Shown here piece by piece: positions 55,902-64,000 of a stretch of DNA of 64,000 nt (positions are counted from its first letter, which is position 1; every line of letters begins with the position of its first letter). The position numbers and the translations under genes were made by a program. The notes under the pieces were generated by a model that was not told the origin of the DNA, did not search any database, and saw only the letters and a list, made by a program, of their open reading frames with translations. Source of the DNA: Chrysomallon squamiferum (Eukaryota > Animalia > Mollusca). The stretch is taken from NCBI GenBank assembly GCA_012295275.1, contig CM022667.1, forward strand, positions 12,958,001 to 13,022,000. The letters are read 5' to 3'.

Positions 55902-56634
55902 GTTAAAAGTAACACTGCTGCATTATGTTAACAGAAAGCGATAGATACACTAATATATATTTCTTTATCTGTCTGTCTTCCTGTCTTTTCTGCTTGACTG
56001 TCTGTCTGTCTATTTTTTATCTATCTTGCTAGACAGATGTTGAGCTAACTGTATTAAAGATACTAAAGCGAATACTCAACTACACCGGATAAAATCAGTC
56101 GTTGTAGAAACAGCACAAACTGGAAGCAGACGTCGTTGAAATCATTTTAAAACCAGCAATATTAATGATCACTGTATAAAGTTGATTTCGATTTTAAACT
56201 TACCGATATTTAGATATATTATAAGCAGGAAGATGAACCACATTGTAGCAGAAACCACTGACCAGGAAAACGTCAGAGAAAAGGTATGAACCATCAAAGA
56301 TTTTTCGCGTTTTTTAAACTCCACTAGAATCAATAAATTAATATAACTTTTATTGGTTCCGTTTATGAAGTGTTTGTATTAAACAGTTTGGTGAATTTTA
56401 ACCTTGGTAAGTGGATACACTGGAAGGTATTTGTTGTGTGTGTGTTTGTTATGTGTAAATACAGAGATTCTAGAAACATCACTTTATTTTCCTGTCTGTA
56501 CTCAATATTTGGGATGGTATTTCGCTAATTAGTCAAGCTACCATTTCTTCCGGGTCTTGAAATATTTGTTCCCTAATTAAAAGATATATTAAAAATTATG
56601 TCACTGATCTTGTGAGAAATATGTAGTCAATCAG

Positions 56635-56727
<93 letters not shown>
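55811..56727. repeat. Two ~90-bp (GA)n tracts (55811-55900, 56638-56727) bracketing GPCR A exon 1
   Basis: Direct reading. Confidence 0.95.
56204..56243 (-). CDS. GPCR A exon 1 (signal peptide MWFIFLLIIYLNI-ASVHC); full protein 949 aa
   Basis: ATG at 56243, phase-1 GTAAGT donor joins exon 2 in frame; replaces the spurious poly-F N-terminus of the ORF track. Confidence 0.8.
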
Positions 56728-56730
<3 letters not shown>

Positions 56731-57527
56731 TTAAAATATTATAGAGGTTGTGTGTTAGCTTTATAATATTTCGTTTTGTTCTTTTATTTGCTTTTTTCTT
56801 TATTTATTATTATTATTTTTTTTATAAATAATCAATCTGCTATCTTCTCCAAAATAAGTAAGAACCAGAAAAAAGAATATAGACAACAACAAAAAAAGAA
56901 AAAAGAAAAAAAGTTGTATAAAAAAATAAATAAATAAAAATAATATCATAAAAAATTTAATATATATACAAATAAATAAATATAATAAATAAAATAAAAT
57001 AAAATAGAAATTAAAAAATTAAAAAAATTAAAAAAGAAAAAAAATTGTTTAAAGGAAATAAAGAAAATAACAACAACAACAATTAAAAATAAAATTAAAT
57101 ACTTCAAAAATAAAATATATATTTTTTTAAGAAAATGGAGACAAAATTAAAGAAAAAACAATTTTATGATATCTGAGATAATCTATTCCCTTTATCCTTC
57201 AGGTGTAATATTACTGAAATTCGATTCAAAGTAATGGTATTTGTATAAACACAAACAAACAGGTGCATGCAACACAATCATAGGAAGCAAGATCATATTT
57301 CTTAAACTGCCTTGAACGTTTTTAAAATTATCAATAAATAATAATAATAAATTAAAAATTAATGCAAAAAAAAAAAAAAAATAAAAAAATAAACAACTTT
57401 GTAATAAAAAGATTAAAATAGATAAATAAATAAATAAATTAATTAAAAGAAAAACTGTAGAAAGAAAAAATAAATAAACGAAAAATAAAATAAAATGAAA
57501 AAGTAAGAAGCAGAAATAAATCAGCGA

Positions 57528-57566
<39 letters not shown>

Positions 57567-58050
57567 AAAAGCAGAAAAAAACAAACATACATACAAAAAT
57601 GAGCAGAAAATCTCAAAAAAAAAAAAAAAACAAAGAAAAAAAGAAAAAAAATTCCAAAAAAAAAAACAAGACATAAACACAAAATATACGAATAAACAAA
57701 CAAGCAAATAATAAATAAATAAATAAAAACTAAAAAAAAAACAAATAAAAATGCTTGCTTTATAAATTAAAGTAATGTATTTGAACATATTCAACGAATC
57801 GTATTTCAATTTACAAGGTAAACAGAATTATGAGCATAAACATGACGCACAGACAATCTTGAATTAAAAAGTCTGAAAGTACTTCTGAAGATTAACACAG
57901 AATCCAGAGGCAAATCCTTAGAAATAAAAACTATTAACACTGATTATTTGACGTCATTATCTTAATTCGTGATCGATAATCGACTCTTCTGCAGTAATAA
58001 AAAGAGTCCACAAATTTCACCCCCCAAAAAAGTAAAGATAGACAGGAGCA

Positions 58051-58105
58051 ATGTCGTTGAATTTTTGGTTCTTCGTTTCAGGAATTCTCCTTTATTCAAC
58101 AAAAG
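58051..58105 (+). CDS. GPCR B probable exon 1 (signal peptide MSLNFWFFVSGILLYSTK-G)
   Basis: ATG at 58051, hydrophobic peptide, phase-1 AAG|GTAATT donor fits the acceptor ending at 59734. Confidence 0.65.
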
Positions 58106-59386
58106 GTAATTTAAAACTGTTTTTATTTCTTTTCTTTGGGAAAATTTAAACATTTTAACCCTGTTAGATTTGATCCTAACAAATGTTGCAGATTTCCTTT
58201 GATCTGTTAGGAAATTAAATGTCCGTAGAAAGACCACTATTGCTTTAAGAACATTTTGAGACGTATTTCCTCTTTACAGAAACCAAATACACTTTATTTT
58301 CTTTATAAACAACACATTTTTTTACGACAATAAAATATTAACCACTTAAGAGTGCATAATGGCTCCATCTGTAGGTATGTTTTGCAATGACGTCATTTCG
58401 TTGACAGATAAATATTGAAAATTTTAATTATAATTTCACTGATAATATTGGTAAAAAAGTTGGGTAAATTGTTGTAACAAATCGCGATGTCTGTCATTTT
58501 TTATGTCTTTTTATTTTCTCTGTGCAAAATGGTTGAATCGATCAATATTTTCAGTTTTTTATTTTCCTACGATACAGTATTATTATAAATGCATTCAGAA
58601 CAAAAAAAAAACGTATATGAAAATATAAAAAATGATTTATTCAGATGGAATATTTATTTATAACAGATGGAATTTAAAAAAAAAAAAAAAAAAAAAAATA
58701 ATAATAATAATAATGTTCCAAAATAATAATCCAGTAAAAATATAAATAATATAAAATAATAGTAGTAGTAGATGACGAAAGGGTTAGTGTAAAACTGAGC
58801 CTAAAACAATAAAATAAAAAGTGAGAATAGGAAGAAAAAAAACAGTCTGGAGAAACATTGGTTAAGGCACTTAAAAATGAATTGCTTTAATTTGTTTTAA
58901 CAAACACAAACAGATAATATTGTCATTTTTCAGCAAATACATACATTCTCCAAACTGCATTTAGCTATCTTTAGTTAACGAAGCAAAAATACCTATTTTC
59001 AGATAGAACAATTTAGAGACGTAAGCGAATGAGTAAATAAATAATGATTACAAAATGATTCAAGATAAAATAAAGACAAAATAAGATAAAATAAAAAAAA
59101 TCCAATAAAAAAATTCTTGAATTTGTTACACATCGAAATTTTTATAACACCGATGCGAAAAGTTTTCAGCACATAAAGTGTTATATAACTAGAAATGGAA
59201 CAGAATCTCCTTCTGAGTCTGCTGTTAAATCTACTTCTTAAAATTTTAATATTTTATGCCTTTCCCCTACCCCCCCAAAAAAAAAAAAAACTAAAAACAA
59301 ATAATAATAATAATTAAAAATTAATGTCTTTTTAATGAAGATATTTTAGTCGCTCTCTTATAGTCGTTGCAAATTATTTCCTTCTC

Positions 59387-59431
<45 letters not shown>

Positions 59432-59734
59432 TTATAAGGTTATGTTGAAATTAATTACTATTTTATACGGGACATTTTGGCCTTAACTCATTAATATCTT
59501 CTTGTAGCAATTTAGACTGAAGCTGGAAAGACAAATGGAAAAACACTACACAAAACTAAATTCAGTTGTGAGAGAAAAACTAAACAGTGGTACTCAGTTT
59601 TAGGCCAGTTCTCACTTACTCTAACCCCTTCGAAGTCTGCATGTATTTCACTGCTTTTTTCAACGTTATATATTTATATATTTTACCTGGACACACACGT
59701 TTTCTATCCATGATTAACTAACATTTCTTTTCAG

Positions 59735-62428
59735 GGTTCTTCGGGTCCCAGACAGAATATGCTGTCGAGTATTTCGGTCTTACCATGGAAAACTGCACGA
59801 ATCGTTTTTGTAGTAACAAATGTCAAGATAAAACAGTGGAACCCACAGTTGTGTCTATTAAGAACAACTGCTTCTGCGACCGCGTCTGTATAATTTATGG
59901 CGACTGTTGCCCTGATTTTTACTCGGTCTGTGTAAACAATAGCTCAGAAACAACACGCCCTGGAAATTACGACTGGGTGGCTAGCCAGATGCAGAAGAAA
60001 TCGAAAAGCGTTTCGGAATTTACGCTTTCCATGATTCTTTTCAAGTACAGGGCGTGTACCATTATTCAGATAGAAAACAGGGAATGGGACATCTGGATGA
60101 TTGCCGAATGTCCCGAGTCGTATCACATCACGTCCATTTCGTCTAAGTGTTACAACACCAGCGCAGACATCATTGGTTCCGTTCCCGTCACTCACAAAGT
60201 GTACAGATTCATTACGTTCAGAAACGTCTTCTGCGCTCTCTGCAACAACGTTTCCATGAACGAACTGCAAGGGTGGAACACGTCCATCGAATGTCTGGAC
60301 AACATAGACAAAGCAAACGTTACTTTCACGTCACTGTTACATCTTCTACAACGAAGTCGTTGTACTCTGAAAACTCGGATGCTAGACGCGGCCGAAATAA
60401 GATTCTGTTACTACGCAGATTACATGGATGTTGTTTTCCCACAAAGGAATAAGAAGGATTTTCTAGAAAACCTGTTCAGTAGAGAATCACGAACCGGTGA
60501 TAACTCAAACAGAAGCACTTCGACTCTTCAACCCACTGAACCTGAACTAAACTCAACAGAAACGAGGCAGACGTTTCTGGAACTTTGTGGATCGTACAGG
60601 TACACGGTCCGAACAAACTGTAAGCATCTGACCAGAAACATCCACTGCAGCCAGCTCGTCGAGAATCCACTCCCGGTTGACGACTACCGGTGTCTGCCTT
60701 GTTTCAAAACCAATGGTCGCTACCCGTTTGTCAGCCTGGGACTTTTGATCGATTTCAGTGATCACGACATCAGAATCTGCAGTAATGGTACGGTCATCGT
60801 GTAGCAGCCCTAATTTTGTGGACTGTGACGTCGATGAAGTTTATGATTATTATCTAGACACGTGTCGCCAACTCGTTTGTCCTGAAGGCAAATTTCCAGT
60901 GAACGGTTCTTGTGTGATAAATGGCTCTTTAGTCGGTGATTTAAGACATCAGATATTTCCTGACGGTTTCAGGACGATGTACATCAATTTAAGTTATTTT
61001 AACACTTCGTGTGAACTGAATGCTGAACAGTTTTTAAGAGAATTGAGTTCCTCTTTGAATAAGAGGTCCAACACGAACCACTCAGAAAACTCAACCGTCA
61101 GAAACACGAATATTACAGATATCAGTACTGAACCTAAATTAATAACTTTAACTGTAGCTGAAATTTGTTTGCAAAGTGAAGAAAACAAGAGCAGCATCAG
61201 TAAATACAGTCATCCAGCCTCGAACGTACTGAACGTTGTGTTACACATACTGAACGAAACCAACTTCCGAAATAACATAGCCGAAGCCAGACTAAGTACG
61301 TTTCCTAGCAACGGAAAACTTCAGTGCAAGAATGATTCTCACTTGACAGAGAATGAAAATGGAAATCTCTTGGAAAGTAACGAAACTTGGTTTGTGAAAC
61401 ATGGTATGCATTATTACCCTTTAGAAAATATTCCTTTCGTCGTCAGCATAGACAGCAATGGAAGTAATCTTGTGGAATATAGTATCTGTGAAATGAACTC
61501 TTCTCGTCTGCTTGACTGTCCTATGATTTTGTATCCTGAAAACTTGACTGAAAATTTAAACAAGACTCTCCACATTCTTGGAACTGACTTGTTCTTTTCT
61601 TTTGGCCAATTTGTATTTGACGAGAATCAAGTCTATGTATGTTCTAATTTTACCAGATCATACAGAAAGAACGAAACTGTCCGTTTCTTTGACTTCAACC
61701 CAACACAGGGAATATTAACTTTGATTTGTTCTCTTGTTTCCGTGTTTTCATTAGCACTCACACTCATAATCTACTTACTTCTGCCAGATCTTCAAAACAT
61801 TCCAGGAAAAATCGTCATGTCCGTGTCATTTTCACTGATGACGTCGCAGATCTTACTACTGTTGAGTAATGCAGCTACTGGTCTCTTCTGCAAAGTTCTG
61901 GCAATTGTCCTTCACTGGTCCTGGTTGTCCACCTTCATCTGGATGACCATGATGGCCACAAATCTTGTCAAAACGTTCACTTCCAAATCTACAGCTGGTC
62001 ACAGTCAGAAACTATTTTTCTACTATGTAACGACATCCATCAGTTTTCCAACATTGATCGTTGCTTCGTCTGTTGCTGTCGACGTGGCTGATCTGCCTCA
62101 CACTGTTATTGGATACGGGGACAACGACGTCTGCTGGATTGCTAACAAGAAAGCTTTGATGGTAACATTCGCCGTTCCACTGGCTACTCTTCTTGCAGTA
62201 AACATTGTTTGTTTCGTAATCACGATATGCGCTATTGAAAGAAGTATGAAGGTGTCGAAGACGGCCACGTCGACAAGAAAAGACAGAATTAAATGTTTTA
62301 TTTACTGCAAACTGCTGATCATTACTGGACTCACTTGGACTTTTGGGTTTGTGGCTGCGTTTTTCAAGTCTGACTGGTTTGGGGTACATTTTCCTCTGTT
62401 TTGGCTTAGTCGCCGAGTTTTTTACTAA
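59735..62428 (+). pseudogene. GPCR B exon 2: paralog of GPCR A with a frameshift at ~60793 (premature TAG 60802-60804) and a TM7 deletion at ~62383
   Basis: ttttcag acceptor; ORFs 59785-60804 and 60758-62428 align consecutively to GPCR A; an extra GTCA at 60793-60796 breaks the frame; about 35 bp encoding VFIILNGSQGL is missing. Confidence 0.85.
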
Positions 62429-63203
62429 AAGATGAAACTTGAAGATCGTTCTGATTTCGAAAATGGAACATTTTCCACAAGATTGTAAATTAAAAGATTA
62501 AAGTGCTTTTTATTTATTAAACAAACGAAAATTAAATATATATATATATATATATATGGAAGTATTAAAAATAATAATTCATAAAATAAATAAATAACTA
62601 TATAAAAATTGTATTACAAATAAAAATAATAGTAAAAAATAGAAATGTCTAAACAGGTAATATGATAACATGTCCCTTTTTTCTATCTGCACCCTGAAAT
62701 TTTCAGTTTGAGGGAACACACACACAAATACACACACACATGCACACACAGAGACACATACAACAACAAAAACTGGTTTTGTTACAAAATTTAATATGCA
62801 TAGTACAATTACTTATGCAAGCAGGCGTGCATTGGTAAAGTGGATTTTACATCCCAGATAGAAAATATTTCACAAAATACATAAGAATAAAAACAAAAAT
62901 TCTAACAATGAAATCTTTGTACAAATAACAACATTATGTGTAGTGTAACAAATTGATTCAGTTAAAGAGCAACTTTGATGGTTAGTACAGATTCTCTCAA
63001 CGTATTTAAAATATTTTCTGGTTACTGTTTTATTGTTGTTGGAAGTATGCAAAATGTACATAAAGTAAAGGTTTATTATACGAAAATGTACAAACATGTC
63101 AAAATCATATATTTGTAAATGCAGATAAGGACACTTTGAGATATTAATACATTTATCACTTGACATTATAAAAGGAAGAACACTTTTACCTGTTATACAC
63201 ATA

Positions 63204-63245
63204 TAATTTTAACATAGTAATTTTAACATAGTAATTTTAACATAG
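63204..63245. repeat. 14-bp tandem repeat x3
   Basis: TAATTTTAACATAG three times. Confidence 0.9.
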
Positions 63246-64000
63246 TAATATATATATATATATATTTTAAAAATGCTATTGTAAGGCTTAATTCTATAAA
63301 CACAAACACAAATATATGCTCTAAGAGAAGATAAACACACATACAAACACACACATGCATGCATGCACACACACACTTAAACATAGTTGTCTGTAAATGT
63401 TATCCTTATTTAATTTTGCACCTGGCATTTCTTCTTGGTACAGATGTACCCCAGACAGTTAAGATTTAACATATATAAAAATACACATCCAAACAAGCAG
63501 ACTCAGAAAATATTTGGGGGCATCAAAATTTCCCTAAAAGGATTAACAGTAACAACTTATTTATTTAATAAAAAATTTAAAATAATTATAATATAAATAT
63601 TATAGAAATATAATTATATTTTCTCTAAACACATTGATCAGTATAGACTGTCATATCAAATGTACATCTGTAAATCTGGTGCTAGAAATATGTTCAAATG
63701 AACAGACATTGTCTCAATTTAAACCAGTTAAACAACATTACAGTGAATTTGTTTCTATTAAAAAATATAATAATAAAAATTATGGATCAACCTATCATTA
63801 TTGGAATAACAAATACTAATTTTGTTACAAATAAAACATTTTAAGACTTGATTTCCCAGTTGTGAATTTAATGAATTTCATAATCTCATTGTTTTCATAT
63901 AAACAAGAAAAGAAAAGCATTAAATAAACAATAATAAAGTAATAATAATAACGATAATAACAGAAGAAGAAAAACAACATAACAGTAATACAAGAAGAAA

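Noticed and set aside
57192-57809. 205-aa Phe/Leu-rich ORF and similar low-complexity ORFs (12950, 17361, 18225, 21182, 26064, 26613, 28256)
   Set aside because: They are translations of poly-A tracts and microsatellites, with no splice or homology support.
58359-58374. Alternative first exons for GPCR B (MAPSV-G at 58359; MYLNIFNESYFNLQ-G at ~57775)
   Set aside because: Phase-compatible but they encode no signal peptide; 58051-58105 fits better, though the alternatives are not excluded.

Overview
AT-rich, microsatellite-rich animal genomic DNA with spliceosomal introns; it looks invertebrate, possibly molluscan, but the taxon cannot be fixed from the sequence. Contents from left to right: (1) the last 12 coding exons of a rhophilin gene (BRO1+PDZ, + strand, 401-8557), with an ~85-bp tandem repeat starting at the stop codon; (2) a gene-poor interval containing a 1.7-kb CTA-derived minisatellite; (3) a complete 6-exon MYLIP/IDOL/dnr1-type FERM-RING E3 ligase (27830-36015, 458 aa); (4) a region of old duplications, a decayed receptor relic, an orphan promoter-like island and three MITEs; (5) a head-to-head pair of family-B (adhesion/Methuselah-like) GPCR genes with a somatomedin-B-like Cys-rich ectodomain. 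The minus-strand receptor is intact (949 aa). The plus-strand copy has a frameshift and a TM7 deletion. The pair shares a sharply bounded, near-identical 1275-bp inverted tract (stalk to TM6) while the ectodomains are strongly diverged, which suggests gene conversion or inversion acting on a variable-ectodomain/constant-7TM receptor cassette. Gene models were built by hand from GT-AG sites and frame continuity; identities are by-eye estimates.
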